Origin: Caulobacterales bacterium
GTDB lineage: Bacteria > Pseudomonadota > Alphaproteobacteria > Caulobacterales > Caulobacteraceae
Direction of reading: 5' to 3'
Assembly (NCBI GenBank): GCA_041308165.1
Contig: JBFZCB010000001.1
Coordinates: 1 to 54,796, forward strand
DNA length: 54,796 nucleotides
Positions 47,125 to 54,796 of the stretch are shown piece by piece. The first letter of the stretch is position 1, and the number at the start of each line of letters is the position of its first letter. The notes under the pieces are model-generated. The model saw only the letters and a list, made by a program, of their open reading frames with translations. It was not told the DNA's origin and ran no database searches. Position numbers and translations under genes: made by a program.

Positions 47125-49175
47125 CCGGCCTCAGTGGCAACAGGCAGAGGGCGGGGTTTTCTGCGATTGCCCACACCAAGCCTCAGGCGGCGATCCATCA
47201 GTGAAAGCAGTCCGCCCAGACACATTATGGCCGGCCCCAGGAAGATGAGGCGCGCCCAGGGGTTCCAGTAGAGCCGTACAGTCCAGGCTGGAGCCCCCTC
47301 CACGCCCGCCCGACGCTCTCCCATCACGACATAGACATCATCCAGTCCCCTGAAATCGAGCCCGACTTCCGTGGTGGTCTGACCTCCGACGGGAAAGAAG
47401 CGCCGCTCCGCGGTCAGTGTTCGCGGTGCCGAACCATCACTGCGCGTCACGGTCAGGAAACCGCGCTCGGCAAGGTAGTTGGGACCTTCAATGATCTTTA
47501 CATCGTCCAGCCTGGCAACCCAACCGGCCGCAGACACCGATCCGCCGCGCGAAAGGGCGGCGGCGCTTTCAACCTTGAAAGCGGTCTCGGCGACGGCTCC
47601 GAGGACGAAAACGCCCAGGCCGGCATGGGCAAACATCATGCCCCAGGCGGCCAGAGGCATGGCCCGGGCACGACGCAGGGATTCTCCGCCAGGGGCCCGA
47701 AACAGCCGGATCCGATCCGCCCATTCGGCAAGGGCCCCGAAGATGAGCCAGGCCCCCAGGGCCAGACCCGCCCCTGCCAGCGCCTTTTTCGGCTCGAACA
47801 GGAACCAGCCCAGAAAGCCGCAGCCGATGGCTAGACCTGCGGCCAGGGCCAGCCTCTGGAACACGCCGCGCAGATCACCGCGCTTCCAGGCCAGCAGCGG
47901 ACCGGCCGGCAGGATCAGAAGCGCACAGGCCATGAGGGGGGTGAAGGTCAGGTTGAAATAGGGCGGACCAACCGAGATGGTGGAGCCGTTGATCGCCTCG
48001 AGAATGAGGGGGTAGAGGGTGCCGAGCAGAACCGTCGCCGCCGATGCCGTCAGAAAAAGGTTATTCAGCACCAGGCCGCCTTCGCGGCTTACCGGGGCGA
48101 ATACAGCCCCTCCCCTTAACTGCTGTGCTCGCCAGGCAAAAAGGGCGAAGGCCGAGCCCGACACCAAAGCCAGAATCGCCAGCAGCATCAGACCCCTTTC
48201 AGGATCCACCGCAAAGGCATGAACGCTGGTCAGGACGCCCGAACGGACCAGGAAGGCCCCGAGGATGGAAAGGCTGAAGGCCAAAAGAGCCAGAAAAACA
48301 GTCCAACTGGCAAGGCCGCCACGCCGCTCTGTCACGATGGCCGAATGCAGGAGCGCGGTACCGGCAAGCCAGGGCAGAAAACTGGCGTTCTCGACGGGAT
48401 CCCAGAACCACCAGCCCCCCCAACCCAGTTCATAATAGGCCCAGAAACTTCCCAGCGTTATACCAAGCGTCAGGAAGACCCATGACGCCAGCGCCCAAGG
48501 GCGGACCCAGCGCCCCCAGGCCGGCCAGAACCCCTGCCCCAGCCCGGCCAGGGAACGGCCCTCGATCAGAGCCGCCACGGCAAGCGAGAAGGTGACCGAA
48601 AATCCAACATAACCGGCATAAAGAAGTGGCGGGTGAACCGCCAAGGCCGGATCCTGCAACAGGGGATTGAGTGATGCCCCTTCGAACGGGGCCGGGTTCA
48701 GCCGGCTAAAGGGATTGGACGTAAAGACCGTGAAGGCCAGAAACAGGGCCGACAGAACCCCCTGTGTGCCTACGGCCGAGGCTTTCAGACCGAACGGCAA
48801 CCCCTGGCCTGCACCCTTTACGGAACCACTTTCTCGAGCCATGGCCAGGATGGCCCCAAAGCCGGTCATAACCAGGCACCAGAGCACAAGGGACCCCTCA
48901 TGGCTGCCCCAGGCTGCAGCCACCTTGTAATACATGGGCTTGTCGGTGTGGCTGTTGGCCGCAACATTCGACACCGAAAAGTCCGAGATCACGAAGGCAT
49001 AGATAAGAGCCGCAAAGGCAACCAGGACAGCCAGGGCCGAGCCGATGGCTGCCCCCTGGCCTGCCCCGGCCAGCACCGGGCTGGACAGCGTGCGACCCAT
49101 ACCCGAGACGCCCGCCTGCACGACCGCCAGGACAAAGGCCAGGAGGAGGGCAAAGGCCCCAACTTCAACAATCAC
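47121..49175 (-). CDS. ccmF: Heme lyase CcmF
   Basis: WAYYELGWGGWWFWDPVENAS and VRSGVLTSVHAFA. GTG 49175 overlaps the ccmE stop. Confidence 0.95.
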   Translation of the reverse strand: MIVEVGAFALLLAFVLAVVQAGVSGMGRTLSSPVLAGAGQGAAIGSALAVLVAFAALIYAFVISDFSVSNVAANSHTDKPMYYKVAAAWGSHEGSLVLWCLVMTGFGAILAMARESGSVKGAGQGLPFGLKASAVGTQGVLSALFLAFTVFTSNPFSRLNPAPFEGASLNPLLQDPALAVHPPLLYAGYVGFSVTFSLAVAALIEGRSLAGLGQGFWPAWGRWVRPWALASWVFLTLGITLGSFWAYYELGWGGWWFWDPVENASFLPWLAGTALLHSAIVTERRGGLASWTVFLALLAFSLSILGAFLVRSGVLTSVHAFAVDPERGLMLLAILALVSGSAFALFAWRAQQLRGGAVFAPVSREGGLVLNNLFLTASAATVLLGTLYPLILEAINGSTISVGPPYFNLTFTPLMACALLILPAGPLLAWKRGDLRGVFQRLALAAGLAIGCGFLGWFLFEPKKALAGAGLALGAWLIFGALAEWADRIRLFRAPGGESLRRARAMPLAAWGMMFAHAGLGVFVLGAVAETAFKVESAAALSRGGSVSAAGWVARLDDVKIIEGPNYLAERGFLTVTRSDGSAPRTLTAERRFFPVGGQTTTEVGLDFRGLDDVYVVMGERRAGVEGAPAWTVRLYWNPWARLIFLGPAIMCLGGLLSLMDRRLRLGVGNRRKPRPLPVATEAG

Positions 49176-49681
49176 GAGCGATCCGCCCCTGCTGCAGGCC
49201 TGGCCATGGCGGGTGCCGGGGCGGGTGCCGGAGCGCCTGGCCGCCATTCCCCACTGGCCTTGAGACGCTCGGCAACCTCCCTGGGCATATAGGTCTCGTC
49301 ATGCTTGGCCAGCACTTCCTTGGCTACGAAGCTGCGGTCAGGCTGGAACCTGCCCTCGGCGACAATACCCTGGCCTTCACGGAACAGGTCCGGCAGATCT
49401 CCGTCAAAGACAATGAGCGTGCTTGCGGCATTGTCCGTCACACTGAAGGCGACCTGTGAGCCCGTGTGCGTAACGCTTCCCGCCTCGACAAGTCCGCCAA
49501 GCCGGATGGTCTGACCCGGCGGAACCCGGTCAGGGGTCGCTTCCGAGGGCGAGAAGAAATAGGTGACGTTATCGCTCATCGCCCATAGCGACAGGCCCGT
49601 CGCCAGGGCCAGGACCGGAGCGACAGCCAGTATAACCCACAGGCGACGGCGTGCCTTCGGCGCTCGTGGTAGCCAGCTCAT
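49172..49681 (-). CDS. ccmE: Heme chaperone CcmE
   Basis: IRLGGLV, LPDLFREGQG, VLAKHDETYMP. Confidence 0.95.
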   Translation of the reverse strand: MSWLPRAPKARRRLWVILAVAPVLALATGLSLWAMSDNVTYFFSPSEATPDRVPPGQTIRLGGLVEAGSVTHTGSQVAFSVTDNAASTLIVFDGDLPDLFREGQGIVAEGRFQPDRSFVAKEVLAKHDETYMPREVAERLKASGEWRPGAPAPAPAPAMARPAAGADRS

Positions 49682-49748
49682 CGATCGCCTCCACAGGCGC
49701 TAAGGGTGGGCAGCGCATATACCGTCTGAATATATGGGGTCCAAGAGG

Positions 49749-50618
49749 TCATCCCGCCGCGCCCACGCCAGGGGTTGCCTGTGACAGACGGTACTCAAGA
49801 TCGATCCTGCGGGGATCAGAGGGGGCAAGCGCCTGTATCAGGGGTATCCAGTACTGCCGCACGGCATCGATTTCACCGCGCTCGAGGGCTGCATCTCCAA
49901 GGAAATAGAGGGCCCCAAGCTGACCCGGGTCCAGTTTCACCGCCTCCTGGAAGGCTGCCAGCGCATCAAGGCCGACCTCGCCCTCCTGAGATCTGACCAG
50001 GCTTTCACCCAGCCGGGCCCAGCTTTGGGCATCATTGGGTTCGAGGGCTACAGCCCGGCGAAAGGCCGAGGCTGCGCCAATGGAATCGCCCGACTGAAAA
50101 CGTGCCGAACCCAACAAGGTCCACATACGCTGGTCCTGTGGTCGATCGCGCACCTCGCGCTCAAGCACGGCGGCCACCTGGATCGCCTCAAGGGGCTCGG
50201 TCGACTGTGACCAGGCCTGGACCCGCTCGGTATAAGGCTGGTCTGGCAGTCCGGGAGCGGCAATCCAGAAATATAGGCCCAGGCTCGACACAACGGTGAG
50301 GGCGACACTGATCATGACGCCCAGACGGTCATGGCGGCGGGGCCCAGCCTGAACAGCCGGCCTGTCCTCGACCGGAAGGTCTGTAGGCACGACCTCAAGC
50401 CAGCGCCGTGCCGCCTCTGCCCGGGCCTCGGTCCATTCGGCCTGGCCCAGCAAACCTTCGTCCCTCAACCTGTCCAGCGCCACAAGCTCTCGGCGAGCCG
50501 TCTCACCGGCCGCCTGCGGGTTAGCGACCGATACGTCCAAGCCGCGCCTAGCATAACTCATGATGAGCAGGGCAGCGATGCTGGTTGCGAGCGCGCAAAG
50601 AATCCAGAACGTCAACAT
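49749..50618 (-). CDS. ccmI: Cytochrome c biogenesis TPR protein CcmI (CycH)
   Basis: N-terminal TM helix, EAARR, second TM helix, PGLPDQPY, TPR repeats. Upstream of ccmE. Confidence 0.85.
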   Translation of the reverse strand: MLTFWILCALATSIAALLIMSYARRGLDVSVANPQAAGETARRELVALDRLRDEGLLGQAEWTEARAEAARRWLEVVPTDLPVEDRPAVQAGPRRHDRLGVMISVALTVVSSLGLYFWIAAPGLPDQPYTERVQAWSQSTEPLEAIQVAAVLEREVRDRPQDQRMWTLLGSARFQSGDSIGAASAFRRAVALEPNDAQSWARLGESLVRSQEGEVGLDALAAFQEAVKLDPGQLGALYFLGDAALERGEIDAVRQYWIPLIQALAPSDPRRIDLEYRLSQATPGVGAAG

Positions 50619-50707
50619 GTGGGCGCTCTAGCTCATTTCTACCGCTTGCGCGATCATGTCGAACGTCGCAGGCCTGTATCGGGCCAACAGGTCGATTGGA
50701 TGGCGGA

Positions 50708-52075
50708 TCAGGCGGCCTTGACCCCGCCGTCTTCCAATCTGAAGGCTGCGATCCGACGCTTGACCGTATGGGCCTCGGATGCCGCATCAAGCCGCTCAAG
50801 GAGGTCTGCGACAAGTTCGCCATACTCAGTGGCCATGGTCAGATCGGGCGGATCATCATCCTTCAGGAGCTCGACCATGTGCTCAGCATAGTCACCCAGC
50901 TCCAGCTTCATTTCCGTCACGGCTGACTGGCGTAGGGCTTCGCATCCAAAGCGATTGGCCGTTGCCCTGACAAGGGTCACCAGCATCGCCAGTTGGCGCG
51001 CCGGGTCTACAAGCGTATCGCGCACGGACGTCTCTAGGTTGGGCATCTTGCGGCCGATGCGTGCACCTGACTGTACACTGCGTCTGGGCAGAACCTTGCG
51101 TGTGGCTGCAGGCGCGGCCTTGAGCCACTGCTCCATTTGATTGCCAATCATGGTCCGGGAAACACCGGCACGTCTTGCCCATTCACCCTTCGGATCAGCC
51201 TGGACCACCAGCGTCAGTGTTTCCAGAACGGCCGCACACCAGGCGAGGTCAAGACGAAGCGGCTCCTGCGGCTCTCCCGGCCGGAAGGCGGCGATCCTGC
51301 GGGCCCTGATCTCAAGGCCATCCAGAACCCGGTCAAACACAACGGCCATTTCCGACAGCTTTATCATGGCCTCGTGCCCGCCGACGCCAATGGCGTAGAC
51401 AGCAAGTTGGAGGATTTGCGAGGCCTCGGAGATATGGGCAACAAGAATGTCCATGAGGCGGCGCGCCCCATCGGGATCCAGATCCCCAGCATCCTTGGCC
51501 AGAAGTTTGAGCTCAAGCATGCGGTCTTCATCAGGCCGACCCGTCCAGGTCGAAAGTCCCCGGGTCGCCCGGTGGGCAAGAGATCCCAGATCACAGCAAA
51601 GGGCCAGCTCGGTGAGCCCCCGCTCCCGCGCGGCAATGCCGGCTTCATCCAGATCCACCGCCGGCGGCCAGACGCTCTCGGGTGTCTCACGAACCACCCG
51701 GGCAGCTGCAGCATAGAGGTTCATGCGCGCAAGGGCGCGCCGACTGGAATCCTCGTCATTCTTGGTATCCAGCATGGGAAGGACTGCAGGTGAGCGCGCC
51801 GAGGTCTGCTGCCAAAGTCGCGGCAGGACGCTTGGCGGAAAGGTCAGGGCCTCCAGACCGTCTGCGCGCGCCTTGAACATGGGGATGAGGGCGTCAAAGG
51901 CCTCGGCACGGCGGCGCCGATCCCGCTGCCTGGTCTCGATCATCTCTTCCAGGGCACGGGCCTTGGCTCCGGGCATTTGCACAACCGTGACGAGGATCGC
52001 TTCCAGTGTGTCGTCCGGCACGGCCTCCATGACCTGCGACAAGCTTGTCCTGGCTTCGACCGATAAACCGGCCAT
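50708..52075 (-). CDS. Hypothetical all-helical protein
   Basis: 455-aa ORF with typical codon bias and GGAG before ATG 52075. No motif recognised. Confidence 0.75.
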   Translation of the reverse strand: MAGLSVEARTSLSQVMEAVPDDTLEAILVTVVQMPGAKARALEEMIETRQRDRRRRAEAFDALIPMFKARADGLEALTFPPSVLPRLWQQTSARSPAVLPMLDTKNDEDSSRRALARMNLYAAAARVVRETPESVWPPAVDLDEAGIAARERGLTELALCCDLGSLAHRATRGLSTWTGRPDEDRMLELKLLAKDAGDLDPDGARRLMDILVAHISEASQILQLAVYAIGVGGHEAMIKLSEMAVVFDRVLDGLEIRARRIAAFRPGEPQEPLRLDLAWCAAVLETLTLVVQADPKGEWARRAGVSRTMIGNQMEQWLKAAPAATRKVLPRRSVQSGARIGRKMPNLETSVRDTLVDPARQLAMLVTLVRATANRFGCEALRQSAVTEMKLELGDYAEHMVELLKDDDPPDLTMATEYGELVADLLERLDAASEAHTVKRRIAAFRLEDGGVKAA

Positions 52076-52256
52076 GCTTGAAACTCCGGGTTGCCCCCAC
52101 ACTCGGTATAGCGCCTTCAGGATAGGCCTAACCGATTAATAAAAAGCCCACACGTTTAACACGATCGGTCACGACCCTTTCGACCTTAACCTGTTCGCCG
52201 CCCAGACAGGCTCTCTGGCACAGCTTACCTACCCGTAGCGCGGTCCGGAGATCAGC

Positions 52257-53705
52257 CTAGTCTCCGGCCGCAGGCAGCTCGAGCGTGACCCTGAGGCCTC
52301 CGAGGGCACTCGTCCCCATGGTCAGGCGACCTCCGTAAGCCCGTGTCAAATCGTCTACGATGGACAGTCCAAGGCCTGAACCGGGTTCGGCCTCATCCAT
52401 CCGTGCGCCTCGCTTCAGCGCCCCTTCATACTGATCCTCGGCCAGGCCTGGACCATCATCCTCGACCACTATGGTCATGAGCCCTGGGCTTGAGAGCTCG
52501 CCAACGACCCGGATCCGCCGCTGACTCCATTTGCAACTGTTCTCGATCAGGTTGCCAAGGATCTCCTGAAGATCCTGACGCTCGCCCAGGAAGGCCAGAT
52601 CATCAGGGGCCCTCCAGTCAATCTCTACCGCCTTGGACTGAAAAACCCGCTCCAGCATGACCGCGAGTTCATCCAGCACTTCGGCCACCAAGGTGGTTTC
52701 ACCCAGTCCGTGAGCCGCACGGGCTGCCGCACGCGCCCGGCGCAGATGATGATCAACCTGGCCCTTCATGACTTCGGTCTGGCGGCGAACCAGCTCTGGA
52801 AGGGCACCCTTGCCACTTCCCGCCTCGGCAAGCATGACCGAGATAGGTGTCTTCAGGGCATGGGCGAGGTTGCCGACATGGGTTCTCTGTCGATCCACGA
52901 CCTCCTGATTGTGATCAAGCAGCCTGTTGACCTGATCGGCCAGGGGCTGGATCTCGATGGGATAGACGTTTTCGATGCGTGCGGCCCGACCCTTGCGAAC
53001 ATTGGCGATCTCGGTTCGAAGGTCAAACAGGGGGCGCAGCCCCACCCTTACCTGGGTGAAGACGGCAGCGACCAGGCCCAGTCCCAGCAGGCCCAGCGCA
53101 ATCCAGGTCAGACGGGCGAACTGGCGCGTGTCCTCATCGATGTTGGAACGGTTGATGGCGGCAATGAAGATAACCGGATGATCATATCGCGGGATCGACT
53201 TCATACTGGCCGCAACACGCAAGGGTTCATCGGCTGATGGCCCCACGGCATTGAAGCTAATGACGTCACCAAAGGCCGCTTCAAGTCGGGAGGCGAGATC
53301 CGCAGGCACTTCGAGTTCAGAGTTCCAAAGCGAGTCGGATCTCGCCAGGGTCGTCAGGCGACCCTCCGGCTCGGGGCGCAGGATGGCCCAGTATTTACCC
53401 GAGAGGAGCCGCAGTGTCTGCGCATCCTGAATCTGGGGGACCGGTTCATCCGACGGTGTTCGGCTGGCTGCGACCACGATCTCATTGACGGAATCTGTCA
53501 GGACATTGCCCAGACGCCGCAGGGCAGAATCCTGAAAGGCCTGGGTCAGGACAAGGGCGGCTACGATCAGACCCAGTACGACCCATGCCGAGGCCAGCCA
53601 GATCAGCCTGCGTGTCAGGGACCGCCCCGGAGGACCGAACCAGCGGGTCCAGCCTGCCCTTGCCCTTGAAGCTGGAGCGGCCTGCAAGGAGGGCTCTGGC
53701 GTCAC
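52257..53705 (-). CDS. Sensor histidine kinase, FeuQ/PhoQ-like
   Basis: Two TM helices, GNLAHALKTP, GNLIENSCKW, GSGLGL. Upstream of the cycH/ccm cluster, as for rhizobial feuPQ. Confidence 0.85.
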   Translation of the reverse strand: MTPEPSLQAAPASRARAGWTRWFGPPGRSLTRRLIWLASAWVVLGLIVAALVLTQAFQDSALRRLGNVLTDSVNEIVVAASRTPSDEPVPQIQDAQTLRLLSGKYWAILRPEPEGRLTTLARSDSLWNSELEVPADLASRLEAAFGDVISFNAVGPSADEPLRVAASMKSIPRYDHPVIFIAAINRSNIDEDTRQFARLTWIALGLLGLGLVAAVFTQVRVGLRPLFDLRTEIANVRKGRAARIENVYPIEIQPLADQVNRLLDHNQEVVDRQRTHVGNLAHALKTPISVMLAEAGSGKGALPELVRRQTEVMKGQVDHHLRRARAAARAAHGLGETTLVAEVLDELAVMLERVFQSKAVEIDWRAPDDLAFLGERQDLQEILGNLIENSCKWSQRRIRVVGELSSPGLMTIVVEDDGPGLAEDQYEGALKRGARMDEAEPGSGLGLSIVDDLTRAYGGRLTMGTSALGGLRVTLELPAAGD

Positions 53706-54382
53706 GCCGCGTCGGTTTCGCCTGGCAGGGGGGTCAGGCGATAGCCAAGGCCCCGCACGGTTTCAATCCGATCGGGACCGACCTTCTTGCGGACCCGACC
53801 GACAAAGACTTCGATCGTGTTGGAATCGCGATCGAAATCCTGATCATAAAGGTGCTCGACCAGCTCGGTTCGACTGATGACCCGGCCCTGGTGCATCATC
53901 AGATAATGCAGCAGACGGTATTCGAGAGATGTCAGACGCAAGGGTTCGCCACTGACAGTCGCCCTGGCCGCGCGGGGGTCAAGCCTTAGGCCTCCGCAGG
54001 CCAGGGTTGCTGAAGCGACGCCAGCTGAGCGCCTCAGAAGGGCTCGCAGACGCGCCAGAAGCTCCTCTGTGTGGAAGGGCTTGGTAAGATAGTCGTCGGC
54101 ACCAGCGTCAAAACCGGCGACCTTGTCAGACCAGGTTCCACGCGCTGTCAGGATAAGGACCGGCGTGGTCTTGCCGTCACGGCGCCAGCGCTCAAGAACC
54201 GAAACCCCGTCAATGCGCGGCAGACCGAGGTCGAGCACAACGACATCATACGGCTCGGTATCGCCCAGAAAATGGGCCTCCTCGCCATCGGCAGCGTGGT
54301 CAACAGCATAGCCGGCATCACCCAGCGCGGCCTTTAGCTGCCTGGAAAGGTCGGCGTCATCCTCGACAAGTAATACGCGCAT
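53702..54382 (-). CDS. OmpR-family response regulator, FeuP-like
   Basis: LDLGLP, GADDYLTKPF, YDQDFDRDSNTIEVFVGR. Confidence 0.88.
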   Translation of the reverse strand: MRVLLVEDDADLSRQLKAALGDAGYAVDHAADGEEAHFLGDTEPYDVVVLDLGLPRIDGVSVLERWRRDGKTTPVLILTARGTWSDKVAGFDAGADDYLTKPFHTEELLARLRALLRRSAGVASATLACGGLRLDPRAARATVSGEPLRLTSLEYRLLHYLMMHQGRVISRTELVEHLYDQDFDRDSNTIEVFVGRVRKKVGPDRIETVRGLGYRLTPLPGETDAA

Positions 54383-54705
54383 CAGTCAGGCCTGCGGGGA
54401 CGTTGTTCATTACTGTTCTGGCGACGCTGGCCGGTCTGGCCATCCACGACCACCTCACGGACCTGACCACCCCGCTCGACGAGCACGCCGTAGTTGCCAT
54501 CGCGCCTGGGCTGAATATCAATGGGACGGCCATCCTGGCTGGCGCTGCGACGGGCCTCGTCAGGACTCACGCGGGGTCGCTGCTGTTCGGGGCGTTGACC
54601 CTCGCGCTCACTGCGGCGCTCCTGCGCGTCAGCGCTGGTCGCCAGGGGGGCGGCGCAAACCAGGGTTGCGAGGGCAAGGATAAGACTGACGGCAGTGCGG
54701 GTCAT
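54382..54705 (-). CDS. Small exported PepSY-like protein (FeuN-like)
   Basis: Signal peptide, VSPDEARR, Y.V......VREVVVDGQTG PepSY pattern. TGATG coupling to the regulator. Confidence 0.7.
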   Translation of the reverse strand: MTRTAVSLILALATLVCAAPLATSADAQERRSEREGQRPEQQRPRVSPDEARRSASQDGRPIDIQPRRDGNYGVLVERGGQVREVVVDGQTGQRRQNSNEQRPRRPD

Positions 54706-54729
54706 GGCGTTCGATCTAGGCGCGCTCGC

Positions 54730-54745
54730 CTGAACAGAGGCTGAA
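54730..54745 (-). promoter_or_regulatory. Putative OmpR-family direct-repeat site
   Basis: TTCAG-N6-TTCAG (11-bp period) on the minus strand, 25 nt upstream of the PepSY-RR-HK operon. Confidence 0.5.
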
Positions 54746-54796
54746 TGAAGCTTATAGGTCAGGACGGTTGCTGCGACAAATGCTGAGGCTCTCGAC

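Noticed and set aside
52128..52190. Full CtrA box upstream of the 455-aa gene
   Set aside because: The TTAA/TTAAC sites do not form an N7-spaced pair.
168..54744. Numerous long antisense or off-frame ORFs in the track (e.g. 10610-11398, 25367-26200, 40263-41114)
   Set aside because: Typical shadow ORFs of GC-rich coding sequence opposite well-supported genes.

Overview
About 55 kb of GC-rich alphaproteobacterial chromosome, most likely Caulobacteraceae (Brevundimonas-like), judged from protein similarity and gene order. It is mostly core genome. It carries cell-cycle and polarity genes (pleC, cpdR, motA, a PerP-like protease, a PssY/PssZ-like sugar transferase with a perfect CtrA box), mnmC, ugd, ppa, cobT, coq7, dsbB, hppD, dusA and glnE. 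It also carries a UzcR/UzcS-like system with degP, ccmIEFH, a FeuNPQ-like system, and an EF-hand/ECF sigma/anti-sigma/periplasmic-sensor operon. RNA genes are tRNA-Leu(CAA) and an alpha-r8 (suhB/MmgR-like) sRNA. The accessory part is 29.7-32.3 kb. It holds a TonB-C-terminal-like ORF broken by an amber codon and a 1.8-kb islet between tRNA-Leu and dusA. The islet has an intact AAA_14/DUF4143-type ATPase-nuclease gene with a palindromic, probably leaderless promoter, a structured spacer, a 43-nt near-copy of part of the ATPase gene, and a decayed integrase N-terminus divergent from dusA that the ORF track misses. An unannotated 51-aa ORF at 36.0 kb has its RBS buried in a hairpin. No CRISPR array, rRNA, reverse transcriptase or intact transposase was seen. 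All family assignments come from recognising motifs by eye, not from database searches.
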